A DNA stretch of 64,000 bases from the NCBI RefSeq assembly GCF_006345805.1, contig NC_043005.1:59210001-59274000 (forward strand). Reading direction: 5' to 3'. Both the position numbers and the translations under genes were made by a program. This stretch comes from Octopus sinensis (taxonomy: Eukaryota). Position 1 is the first letter of the stretch. Each line of letters begins with the position of its first letter. The notes beneath the pieces are model-generated. The model was not told where the DNA came from. It searched no databases and saw nothing but the letters and a program-made list of their open reading frames with translations. Shown piece by piece: positions 52,170 to 64,000 of the stretch.

Positions 52170-52335
52170 CACTAGCGTAGCTAGAGAGCGGGCGGTAGGG
52201 GCGGTTCACTCTGGGCGGCTCTTTTAAAGGGGCGCCATTTTTGGGTCTGCTGTAGGCAATATGTATTTTTGTGAGGTCCGGGGGCTGCAAACGGAAGGGT
52301 CGCCCCGGGCAGCACACACTCTAGCTACGCTAGTG
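52170..52335. mobile_element. hAT-type MITE, 166 bp
   Basis: Perfect 17-bp TIRs cactagcgtagctagag / ctctagctacgctagtg; perfect 8-bp TSD aatgtagg at 52162-52169 and 52336-52343. Confidence 0.9.
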
Positions 52336-52974
52336 AATGTAGGTCAGTTTATTTTCTCTTTGTTTTTCTTTTAAACGCCAGGGTATAATTTGAAGGATGC
52401 TTAGCTTCTCTTTCTAGTGGATCGAGCAATCCCGACAAATCCCATTGACAACCAGTATTTTAATATCATAAATTATAGAGAAGTGAAATAGTTCAGTGGG
52501 ATTTTAGCAATGTCTTTGACGAGGATTCTAATTTTAGTCTTGAGGTATAACAATACTGACAGAGTCGAATGTAATTTTGTGTTGTAAAATAACAAAAACA
52601 AAATAGCCACCAACAAATTAGAGAAGAGAAGTGGCAGCACATAGGTGAAGTTTAAATCCATTAGCTGAAATGGATGCTTAGTAGATCGACGTTTAGCTTC
52701 TGTTTAAGATGTTATTCTGGTAATAAGTTTTCTTCATGTTATTGCGTCATTTTATCTTGTGCAAAATTCCACTGGCTGTGAAAACTGTTTATGAGAGTTT
52801 TGTGAAGTGGAATACTTAGAAAGAATCTATTGCTTACTTAGCGAAGTGCTCGCGAAATATCTGAGCCAATATGATGAGATCATCATGTCTAGATGTTATT
52901 GATAAATTCCTTATAATTTTAGGTACTTTGAGTGTATGTGTGTGTGTTGGTACATGTGCATTTGTGTAAATATT

Positions 52975-53168
52975 GAATATTGGCTTCAAATTTTGACACA
53001 AGGTCAGCGGTTTTGGAGGAGGAAGTAAATCGATTACATCATTTTCAGTGCTCAACTGCTATTTATTTTATCGACCCCCGAATGGATGAGAGGTGAAGTC
53101 GATCTCGGCAGAATTTGAAATCAGAACGTAAAGCCGGCGTGTTAACGATTCTGCCAGCTCACCGCCTT
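52975..53168 (-). mobile_element. Deu/Nin-core SINE (short tail)
   Basis: Head ggcggtgagctggcagaatcg plus core. Other degenerate copies lie at about 21865-22005, 45130-45480 and 61130-61320. Confidence 0.75.
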
Positions 53169-55237
53169 GTGACTACTGAATATTGCATTGCGAATCTTTT
53201 TGGTAGATTTAATCTGTTACTCGGCTTATTAACCAGCTGACCTTTGGGTGACTTTAGCATCCTTTTGCAAGCATTCGGAACATGGTTTTGGAATTAGGAG
53301 ACCCTAAACTTGGCTAAATCAAATAAGAAATATATAAATACTAGATCTGTGGATTCTTAGATTTCGTCATTTTCATTTTGTGGTGGAAGAAACTGATAAT
53401 GGTTCATACTATACCTGAAGCAAAGATATATAAGTTTCTTTCAAGCAGTTTATTTTCGTTTAAGTTTAATAGCTACAGCACAAAAGACCTTTCGATTTAT
53501 TTATTTTATGTCACAAATTGCCAATAACTGGTTCACTGCATTTCTTACGGCGAGAATGACATGGGAGAGTGTGTAAACAGAGGTCTTCATTTGAGTTGAT
53601 TTTCTCAATGATGTTTAGATAATTTATTACAACAGCGAATACATTTATACGCATCTATATGACTTCGTCAGAGGAGAAAAGAAGCATCGATAATTGTTTT
53701 CAAGATCTCTGAATAACTTGTACGTGAATAGTTTCTATGTAACATTGTATTAATCTGAACTCTATGCACATACTGTGAATGTTTACATAACTCATGCAAT
53801 TGTTGTTTGAATAACCATGGTGTGTTGGAAGCCAATAGATCAAACCATTCTCTATATAGGCTTTCTCGTTTCGAGACATGCTTTCTGAAGATTTGAAGCT
53901 AAATCCTAATTTCACATCTCAATACGACCGTTGTGGTGGATAGAGAAACTCCAAGACAGTACTGAAAACTAAGTAGCTTTCTTGATACATTGTAGATTCG
54001 AGTTGTAAAGAAGGTAGTAGGTTTTGTCGAATGATATTTGGCAGTAGTGTGGATGAATTAGAATTAATTAACTACAGAAAAATTCTGTACGTGGTGTATG
54101 TGATTGATCCCCTGTTAAAAAACAGAATGGATTTTATAAAAGAAACTTTAGCTACTGAGCCGAACGAATATCAGTCACCGAGGAAGCATAATAAAAACGA
54201 AAGACATAACATTATTTTTGCCACTGAGCTTCACAAACAAGATTTACTGCCATTTACATCGTCTATACTTTCGCTAATATATATTTGCTCGATTACTAGC
54301 TAAGTTTCATTTGCTCAATGTTGTCGCTGATATTATTTTTGTTGTAGTCACTATTATCATTGCACGTGCGGTTTTTTTCTTGGTTGTTGCTGTTGTTGTT
54401 GTTTATGCTTATGTAAGATTTGATGGAAGTCGTTCATTCATCAATATTCCGACGTTTTCGTTCACTGCGCGTCTAAAATTAACTTATAACATTTGTCTTT
54501 CCTTTTTTTTTAATGTGGTATGGTGTAATTTGAGTGGGATTTAATTGTTATTTCTTGTAGATCGAGATACCACATAGAGATTGCATGGCTGGTTCTTTTG
54601 CTTATTGTTGAATACAAAAGTGTGGAATTCGATATTGTTATTGTGACATTTGATAAAACAATCAGTGTTGAAGTTGATGTTATTACTTTAGTTTAGCCCC
54701 AGGTCAGCCCTGATGAAATACAAACATGATTAAACACGTTTCATCTGTGATCACGGCTGCAACTAGGACTACATTGCTCAGTTTCCCTTTTTCTTTTGTA
54801 GATTTTATGGCGTGATATGATGGAATTTAGGTGCTATTTCTAGAAAGTCTATATAAGTAACATCGATAACTACTTGTTTAGGTGCGAGATCTAGTGGTTT
54901 TAGGTGTTCGACTCATGCTTATCAAATTTCGATTTTGTTCGATTCTCGGACCATGTTTTACATTGTACTTTTGAGCAATGTTCTCCATTTTATGTTGCTT
55001 CAGCTCATTCAGATGAAAAATATAAGTGTCAGTTATAGCAAAGGAGGTAATACGGGGGCGGGCTAGTTTTCCGTTCAGTGGGGCGAGGTGCTGTAGCATA
55101 ATAGAAATCCGAATATATTCCGGCCTATTGGGCGTGTAGGTCCGAAACAGATTTTGAAATTTAATATATTGGTAATTGTTTATCATAGTGCCTTGCTTTG
55201 AAATTGAAGGCTCATAATATAAATGTATTATCGTTTG

Positions 55238-55600
55238 ACTTTTCTTTGTTTCAGTCATTTGATTGCGGCTATGCTGGGGCACCGCCTTGAAGCGTTTTAG
55301 TCGAATAAATCGACCCCAGGAATTATCTTATTTTTTGAAGCCTAGCACTTATTCTGTCAGGCTCTTGTGCCGGACCCTTAAGTTACGGGGTCGTAAACAT
55401 ACCAACATCGTTTGTCAAGCGGTGGTGGAGGACAAACATAAACATAAAGACACATACACTCACACGCACACAAGTTCACGTCTACCAAATCCACTCACAA
55501 GTCTTTGGTCGGCCCAAGGTGCCGCGCAATAGGACTGAACTCGGAAACATGTGGTTGGGAAGCAAGCGTCTTACTTACCACACAGTCATGCCTGAACCCA
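55238..55600 (-). mobile_element. OK-type SINE with internal deletions
   Basis: Reverse complement of the family. Confidence 0.8.
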
Positions 55601-56788
55601 TAAAAGAAACAAAAAAAAAAAAAAGCATACGCACTGCCGAAATGTTCGAGATAACCTGAGAGAGAGAGAGAGGGGGGGAGATAGAGAGATAGAGGCTGGT
55701 TTCGAAGTTTAATCAATGCTACATTTTGTTGTGAGACTTTTTGCCGATGAATCGATATTTTTTCTTTATTTTTTCTCGCTTTTCTTTCCTTAAAAAAATA
55801 ATTTCTTTTGAATGAATTCTTATTAAGAACAGTTCATGCGAGTAAAAGGTCAATAAGTGAAACAAGTTGAAGAAATAAATTTTAAAAATTAAGTAAACAA
55901 AATCTCAAATAAAACGTACATTGATTTCATTTTAAAATTTCCTATGCTTTCTTCATTTAGTTAAGATCTATATTCGCTTAATAAATATTTGCTGCATATC
56001 TTTCTTCTCTCTAAATTTCTAGTTTCCGTTAATGAAAAGTTTGAATTTTAATTACGGAAACCTTTCAGTGGCAATACGTTTAAGTTAGTTTCAAGCAGTT
56101 TGTGTAATATTATATTAAATCGATACGATAAAAAGATATGTATGTATGTATGCGCGTGTACTTATCTATTTATGTATTTTTGGTTCCAAAGGGTGAAATA
56201 TAGAATCCTTAGTTTCATATATTCCAAACTGGCCGGTCACTGGTTCATTATGTTTCTTACAGCGAAAGTATTAAGGAGTTTCTGTCGACAGACGCCTTCG
56301 TCGGAGTTGCATTAGGTTTTCGATTTCTCAGCGATGTACTTCGGTGAATGATATAAACATATTTTTAAGGCCCAGAAAAAAAGAAAGCAACCATGTGTCT
56401 TTCTTAAGATCTCTGGAAACAGACGAAAGGAAGATTTCTTTGGATCGAAATCCTGATACGAATGCTTGTAACAACGTGAATCCATTAAAGGCGCACAAGG
56501 TCTAGGTGACAGTTTTAAAGGAAGCGACATATAAAGCCTCATACCGACGTGTATGCAGTGAAATATTCATAATTTCCTTTTATGGTCAGATTTATATGTC
56601 ATCATTTAGGTGTTTAGTTTTATATATGACCGGTTTGTTATCGTCGTGTTTATTTTCGCTGTGGATTAACACAGAATTTCTGTAGCGCTTTGTCAAGATA
56701 AAATCAACCACCAATTAGCTTAAGTCTACATATGTAATATGCGCATGGTTCATTTCGTATTGAAGCCATAAGAATTATGACTTTGACG

Positions 56789-57014
56789 TAGGGTTAGGGT
56801 TAAGAACCGAAAGAAAAAAATCTAGCATTCTTTATGAGTTAGACAGGAGCGTATTCAAAATATAAAGTGTATTAGTAGAACCCTAACCCTAAATTAAAAT
56901 TATTTTCCATTGCTTTCGTTTTAGCCTTTCGTAATTTTTCTTAAATGTTATCCTTAAATTAATTTAACAATTAAGAAGAAAAAAAGAAAGGCTAAAATTT
57001 AGGGTTAGGGTTAG
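56789..57014. repeat. Short interstitial TTAGGG tracts forming a foldback
   Basis: tagggttagggtt at 56789; 17-bp inverted repeat aaccctaaccctaaatt (56879-56895) / aatttagggttagggtt (56996-57012). Confidence 0.75.
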
Positions 57015-57445
57015 TGACAGGATGTTGTCTCAGTTTTAGACGCAGAAAATGATTTTAGCTCAATAGAAGCCATTGACTGGTTAAAATTCGAAAAATTAAA
57101 CTACGTTAAACTTACAAATTACAATTTTCTCAAGAAAGCCAAGAGTAAAAAAAAAATTATTTTGACCCATTCTACCAGTATACGAAGTTTAAAAGTGTTT
57201 AGTTAACTAGAAATTGTGTTGAAAATTGCCGTTCAAAAGGAAAAGATCCAAATAGTCTAATTAAGGGGCACGGTGATCGCCATAAGTTTTAAGCTTATAT
57301 AGAAATACCATTAATATTTACTGGATTGTAAAACACGGCACCGTTTAAAAAAAGCATTCTCACCGAAAGCATATAGAAAGTTTGTGTACATAAAACAAAA
57401 TATGAACTAATATAGTTCTTAAATTTGACAGAAACAGGGAAGCTA

Positions 57446-57530
57446 ATTCGCTGGTGTAAAGATACCACACTTAGTGTAAAGGTGTCACACTTAGTTAACA
57501 GAGGGATGTGGGTTCGAGTCCTGCGCGAAT
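57446..57530 (+). pseudogene. tRNA-derived sequence (Asn-GTT-like anticodon loop) with duplicated D-arm
   Basis: ATTCGC/GCGAAT acceptor-like stem, TGGTGTAAAG A-box, GGTTCGAGTCC B-box, GTTAA loop, 20-nt internal tandem duplication; the 5' anticodon stem is lost. Confidence 0.45.
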
Positions 57531-57984
57531 AGGAAAGCCTTCTTTTTATCTACCGAGGGTTTATATGCCCCTTCATTTGACTATTTTCTATAGTCATTGC
57601 ACTGTGATTGCTTTAAGTTGACATAAAAATACCATTATTATTATTTACAGGATTGTAAAACACGCGCCGTATAAAAAAACCTTCGCACCGTAATATATAT
57701 TACACAAAAAAACAAGCATATAATTGGACATTCATACACATATATTTACATATAGATTTTAATGTATTTAAACCAGATTTAGACACCCTGTGTTTTTAAG
57801 ATTCAGTTTCTAAATCAGACAGCACATTTCAAGCAGCGTTGAATGGTGTTATATCGGCTTTTAGATTAGATATTTCTATGTGCTTTAAAATAGGCATTGA
57901 AAGTGATTTCACAATATAAAAAAAAAAATTATGTTCCCTTCATATACATACATGCATCCTGATATATCTGTTTGTGTATACAAA

Positions 57985-58408
57985 GGCGCAGGAGTGGCTG
58001 TGTGGTAAAGTAGCTTGCTAACCAACCACATGGTTCCGGGTTCAGTCCCACTGCGTGGTATCTTGGGCAAGTGTCTTCTGCTATAGCCCCGGGCCGACCA
58101 ATGCATTGTGAGTGGATTTGGTAGACAGAAACTGAAAGAAGCCTGTCGTATATATGTATATATATATATATAAGTGTGTGTGTATATGTTTGTGTGCCTG
58201 TGTTTGTCCCCCTAGCATTGCTTGACAACCGATGCTGGTGTGTTTACGTCCCTGTCACTTAGCGGTTCGGCAAAAGAGACCGATAGAATAAGTACTGGGC
58301 TTACAAAGAATAAGTCCTGGGGTCGATTTGCTCGACTAAAAGGCGGTGCTCCAGCATGGCCGCAGTCAAATGACTGAAACAAGTAAAAGAGTAAAAGAGT
58401 AAAAGAGT
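57985..58408 (+). mobile_element. OK-type SINE, full length
   Basis: Family head, core and tail. Confidence 0.9.
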
Positions 58409-58816
58409 ATAGAAGATGCACCAGAAAATGAACGTGGGGCGTCCTTCTCTGTACGTGCGTACATACACATACTCATAGACACACATACAAGGGCGAGTCA
58501 GACGAGAAGACGACTGTCTACATGGGCTTGTATTTGCAAGTGTGTAGAATATGCATAAGTAAGTGTAAGATTATACGTTCATACGTAAACCTGTTCATAC
58601 ACACAGGTCATAGGCTCTTCTGACCTTTCCAGAAAGATGTATGCTGTTATATTTGCATCAACGCACCCGCTCACTCCTCCTTTCTTAACTGCCAAGGAAT
58701 AATAGAACGGCATTTCTATAGTTTTTTCCTACTGACCTCTATTTATTTGATATTCCTCTTGTTTTGTTCCTTTTATTTTTTAATGTTTATTGTAATTACA
58801 CTGTATATTGTATATA

Positions 58817-58889
<73 letters not shown>

Positions 58890-59634
58890 TATGTATATAC
58901 ACACATATATATGTATATATATATATGTACATATATATATATATGTATATATATGTGTGAATATATATGTATATATGTATATATATATGTATATACATAT
59001 GTATATATATATGTATATATACATATATATATATACATATATATATATATATGTATATACATATATATATGTATATATATATATATGTATGTATATATGT
59101 ATGGTATATATATATACATATATATGCATATAAGTAAATATGTATATATACATATAAATACACAGATATATACACGCAGTCATATTCACATTTACACACG
59201 CACATACACTCTCACACTCATACACGTACGCATACCCCGCCAAATATGTATAAGAAGTCAGAGTTACACACACACACACACATATATATGGTTAGCGTGT
59301 ATACAAAATCACACACATATTCAAATATCAAATGGATATAATGAGATTTATGGATGTGTATACTAGCATACATACGCACATACAAACCCTCACATATATA
59401 CACTCATACACATTTTTATGCACACATGTTATCACACACTTAAAGAGGCACAACCCTTTAATACAAAGTAGTAGAATGATAGAATATTTTTACTTTCAAT
59501 GTACATAGATAAAGATAGAAAAACATACATATATATAAAAGACTAGAACAACTTTACAACTCCTATTAGCGAATGAAACACGTGTAATGGTGATTAAATA
59601 ATACACAAAGCCTTTCTAATCTCTTTTTTTTATA

Positions 59635-59812
59635 TGTCTTTTTCTGTTCTACTTGTCTCAGTCATTAGGCTGCGCCCATACTGGAACACCGACTTGAGGA
59701 ATTTGTAGTCAAATGAATGAACTCCAGTACTTTTTTAAAGCCTTGTACTTATTCTATCGGTCTCTTTTGCCGAACTGCTAAGTTTCGGGGTCGTAACCAC
59801 ACCAACGCCGAT
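59635..59812 (-). mobile_element. OK-type SINE tail fragment
   Basis: Reverse complement of the tail; a similar fragment lies at about 49822-50030. Confidence 0.7.
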
Positions 59813-59816
59813 ACAC

Positions 59817-59873
<57 letters not shown>

Positions 59874-61923
59874 TGTCTATATAGAAAAACACAGACATGC
59901 GCGCACATTCACACGCATACATACACACACACACGCTCACACACATATTTATAAAGAATGGACCGCCCCAGCTGGATCACTTGTGATTATAGACCTGCTC
60001 AATCAAGTTAGCTGTAGAGTTGATAATATAGCATCTACACCATTATTAAGATTTATTGTGTTGGAATACAATACTTAGTTGTAATATAATAACTTTATAA
60101 AGTGATATTATAGCTTCAAGCCAGAAAAGCCAGACAGTATTGATATGAAGATACATCAACTGAGTGTTCAACATCATTTCTGTTGATTTTTCTTCTTTTA
60201 GTCGTGACACATGTCAAAATATTCGTCATCAAAGGGAATAGTTTATTGAATTAACAATACTTTATTCACAACATTTATTTGCCTCAAGGCACAAACGGCA
60301 ACTTAATCGTCTCAATTCTGTCATTTACAACTGTAATATTTGTTTGCACATATATACGTATAAGATGGAAATTTTAAACTTTATTTTACCGTGTAAAACT
60401 CTGACTCTGCATCCCGAGAAATGTAATCAAGATCAGTCTCAGAGAATAATAGTGCAAAACGATCACACAGTGGAATAAATAATGTAGCTAGGAAGAAGTG
60501 ACGTCTAACGTTTGAGATGTAGTTCTTTTCTTCTGAGTTATTATATTTGTGGGTTCAATACTGCTCAAGAAAGTATAGTGCGTTGTTAGTATCTGCAAAA
60601 GATACCCAACGTGTGGACGTTCAGTGATATTGATGTTTCGGCTTAAGTTTCCCTAAATCATACATTGCATCTGGAAAAACGACCTTGGCTAATTCAGTTG
60701 TTGATGCACTAAATAAGAAACAGGACAAGGTAATAATAGATATGCTCAATTAGAGCTAGCGACTGAACAGCTATATCAAGAATAACAACACCGTATTCAT
60801 TTTATTGTTTTCTTCCTTTCTGCTCTAAAACATTGGAAGTGAAAGTGAAAGTTAACGCCAACAAAACACGATAATGTTTGTTTAAAAAATATATTAAAAC
60901 TCTTTATATTGCTTTTGTATAGCGCTAACGGAGTCTTGTATCAACAGATCTAGGATCATAGATATTTCAGTACTGGGCATCAAGTCTGATTTATAAGCAC
61001 AACAGACTCAGACCGCATTTCAAAATTGTAAATTTCAAAGAAAAAATGGTGTTATTTGAAGGAGATTTAGTTACATGTTTTCGTATTTTTATACGTTGCC
61101 AATGGCGGATTGCTAGAGATATTGGAGTGTTCAATAGAAAGCTTTGTGGTAGTTGTTCTGAGCCATGGCGTTCTGATTTGAAATCCCGTCGAGGTCGACT
61201 TTGCCATTTGCTTTTCCAGAATCGAAAAAAAAAAGTAGTAACCCAGGGCGGTGAATTGGTAGAATAGTTTAGAAATGTTTTGAAGTATTCGACGTGGAAT
61301 TTTTGCATTCTGTATTGAATTATCGCCGATACATGCTTGCGTTGTAGGCCTGTTCTGTCGATCGCTTTAATGTCATCACCTAGCTCCTTAGTGCTTTTAA
61401 CAGGATCTACTTTGTTGCAAGGCATTTGGGTTAGATCTTCACTTTGAAGCTGCCTCGTTTCTTCCCACCCACTACCATCGGAGGTTCTATGGCACTGTTC
61501 TCCTTCTTGATTAAAGAAAATATAAAAAGCTATATATATATTTTTAATACTGTTTCTATCACCTAATCATCATCAATGATCGATTCTCATAAAACAATTT
61601 TTACGACAAACTTGAGTTGAAAGACTTACTTATTCAGAAGATTGCTTGATCTATAAGGAGCTGTAACTTTAAGAAGGAAGAAAGAACGACAATCATAAGA
61701 GGAATAATTTTCAAAATTCGTTTATCAGAGTCTTAAACTGTCGAAATTTAATTTTAAAAGTTTTACTTTTAAATAATAAAACATAATAAATTGATTTGTC
61801 ACAAACAATGATGGTGATGTCATAAATATGATATTTAATAATGGTTAAAACAATAAACTAATTGCATGTTTTGACAAATGAAGTTAAGTTTTAAATTCTT
61901 TATGGAAAATGAAATTAATTCAC

Positions 61924-61961
<38 letters not shown>

Positions 61962-62331
61962 GTGCGCACGTACGCACACACATATTTGAAATATATGATA
62001 TACTCCATTAATGAAAATGCATCATTACTTCAAGTGTCATGATTAAATAATTCTAAGCAATCATTATAAAACAAGCATCAATCTGTTATTGACCTATTTG
62101 CAAAATACATGTTAATAACATATCAAGCTACCAGTAATGCCTTTTTGGTTAAAATTTATAGGGGGCGTAACTCACTGTAACTTAATATATTCGTATACAA
62201 CTGATTTCTTGATCAAGTAGAAGAACCTTGATTGACAGAGATCATAAAAAACGGGTACATATAGGAGCAAGAGCTTATCGGCAGTAAGAACTTCATACTC
62301 AAAAGTTTAATAAGTTCGCAAATTATCTAAA

Positions 62332-62720
62332 TCTCTATATATAAAGCTGAAGTTGTCTGTGTATGGCAGGTTTGGTAGCCTTCAACTAACACTATCTCCT
62401 CCGAGACCCTGCGGCGCAAGTTGACCAAAATTGAGAGTATGATAGAAGGCTTGCTCTTCATTCTGTGGAAGAAAAATTCAAATCGGACCATTTTAAGACC
62501 AAAAAGTATTAACATTAAAAAGGTGCTTTTTTTTTCTATGAAAATCCCTATTTTTTTACGATTTTTTGACTGTTGTGTCGCCATTTTTCGGTGTATTTCA
62601 ACCAGAAAAATGTTCACTTAAAGAGAATAACAGGCTACATAATGCAAAAGTTTTACTTTTCAAAAATTCTAATTCTAAAGGGTCGAAACAAACCCGAGCA
62701 ACGCCGGGCGATACTGCTAG
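62332..62720 (+). mobile_element. Non-autonomous Helitron
   Basis: 5' TC after A, subterminal hairpin cccgagcaacgccggg (62693-62708), 3' CTAG followed by T. Confidence 0.75.
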
Positions 62721-63537
62721 TGTTACAGTAAAATTATTTACTAAACGCCGCCACTTCGACAGCTACCTACTAAAGCAGTGGATCAGCAGATACCTTCTGA
62801 TATAATGGAACTATCTTTACCTTTTTGCCAGCAACAGTCGAACATTCCTTTTGACAGATATGCCTTATCTCATTACATCTTTGATATTTCTGGCTCTATT
62901 TTTCTACGCTCATTTCAATATATCGGAGTGGTTCTATACATAACTATTCGCCAAAAACATTCTCTCTGATTTCCCTTTCAAATTTAACCCTTTATAGCTA
63001 CTTCTGACCTTAGACACTCAATAGTTATTTCCGTATGGCTTTTCTTTTTTTGTTTCTTTTCACTCTCCCAGATAAGTTTTAGATATTTCTATGTTCTTTT
63101 GCATTTTGTAAACATTTCGTTTGTTTCAACGTCTTTCTAGTGAACGAAAAGAAGCACAAAAAAAGATAATGCAAAAACTATTATGTAATGATTTATGCGT
63201 CATACAACTTTTAGCCCGGAACACATTACTGAAAACTCCATGTAAAAGCAAAATGTATCTCGCAGATATGCTGCTGAAGATAATGCTGATGGTAAAGGTT
63301 AATGCGATAGACTTGCGCATGATGATAACGATGATGGTCACGATGCGGATGGTGATAAAGATATCCATAGCAATGATCATGATCATGTTCATGATAAATT
63401 GAACGATGACTGGAAGGATGTGAAAAAATAAAAAAAAAACAAAAAAACATCGTGGATGTATTGATTATAATCCAATTCTCTTTCAGTTTGTTTGCCATAA
63501 TAATGAATCATATTTTCATTGGCATTTAAGAAGAATT

Positions 63538-63617
<80 letters not shown>

Positions 63618-64000
63618 TGTGTGTGTCTGTCTGTCTGTCTGTCTGTGTGTGTCGGTTATATGTGTAGACTAAAAGATGAATCGAATTCAGTAGAAAAAGA
63701 AATTAAATGTTCGTGGTTTTATGAAATGACAATATCACCGCAAGCTAAGGGTAATGATTTTAACAGCGAATTGTAACGTCATTTTCAGCCTTGGCTAGTT
63801 CTTTCTCTACACTATATAACGGGAATAAAAGTAGGCGCCATTACGTGAGCATCCAAACTGTCAAAAATAACAGCCAAAGTTCCCTCAATTCATATTGTAT
63901 CAATTTTATACAAAAGGAAAGAAATATTTGATAATGTGTTATTGAGTACGGTTTATGAAAATACTCGAGAATGGTCGAGACTGTATCGCTTTTGTTCATA

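Noticed and set aside
53655-53675. Minus-strand CUGACGAAGUC
   Set aside because: No downstream GAAA or stem III.
54878-55282. 134-aa minus ORF
   Set aside because: Spans SINE fragments; no recognisable domain or splice signals.
56789-57014. TTAGGG tracts as an ancestral telomere fusion
   Set aside because: Only two to three units per tract, far too short, and embedded in a foldback.
59575-59586. GAAACACGUGUA palindromic stem III-like motif
   Set aside because: No upstream CUGANGA-like core or stem I partner.
63121-63402. Met/Ile-rich ORF as the next CFAP65 exon
   Set aside because: Driven by (GAT)n-like repeats; no similarity to the expected LNFxGVT segment.

Overview
AT-rich eukaryotic genomic DNA, almost certainly octopus: it is dense in OK-type tRNA SINEs, Deu/Nin-core SINEs, Meta-core SINEs and (TA)n/(CA)n microsatellites. 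Nearly all ORFs in the supplied track are microsatellite or repeat artefacts. The only host gene I can support is CFAP65 (CCDC108). Five + strand exons (7409-7565, 16345-16413, 20244-20372, 24594-24678, 39178-39336; 599 nt over about 32 kb) splice in frame with canonical AG/GT ends. I found no further exon in the last ~24 kb, where CpG density also rises. The introns hold SINEs, a Penelope-like element (PLE) with an inverted RT segment and a GIY-YIG endonuclease, LINE fossils (RTE, CR1, R4/Dong), DNA-transposon fossils and MITEs (hAT, piggyBac, mariner, Helitron), and several foldbacks. Most notable are three hammerhead-ribozyme candidates, one with a compensatory U3-A8 core and a palindromic stem III inside the PLE 3' end. 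A Nin-core SINE also repeatedly restarts at one fixed internal site, suggesting self-targeted insertion. All protein and repeat family assignments come from my recall of motifs, not database searches. Repeat boundaries are approximate unless a TSD or TIR is given.
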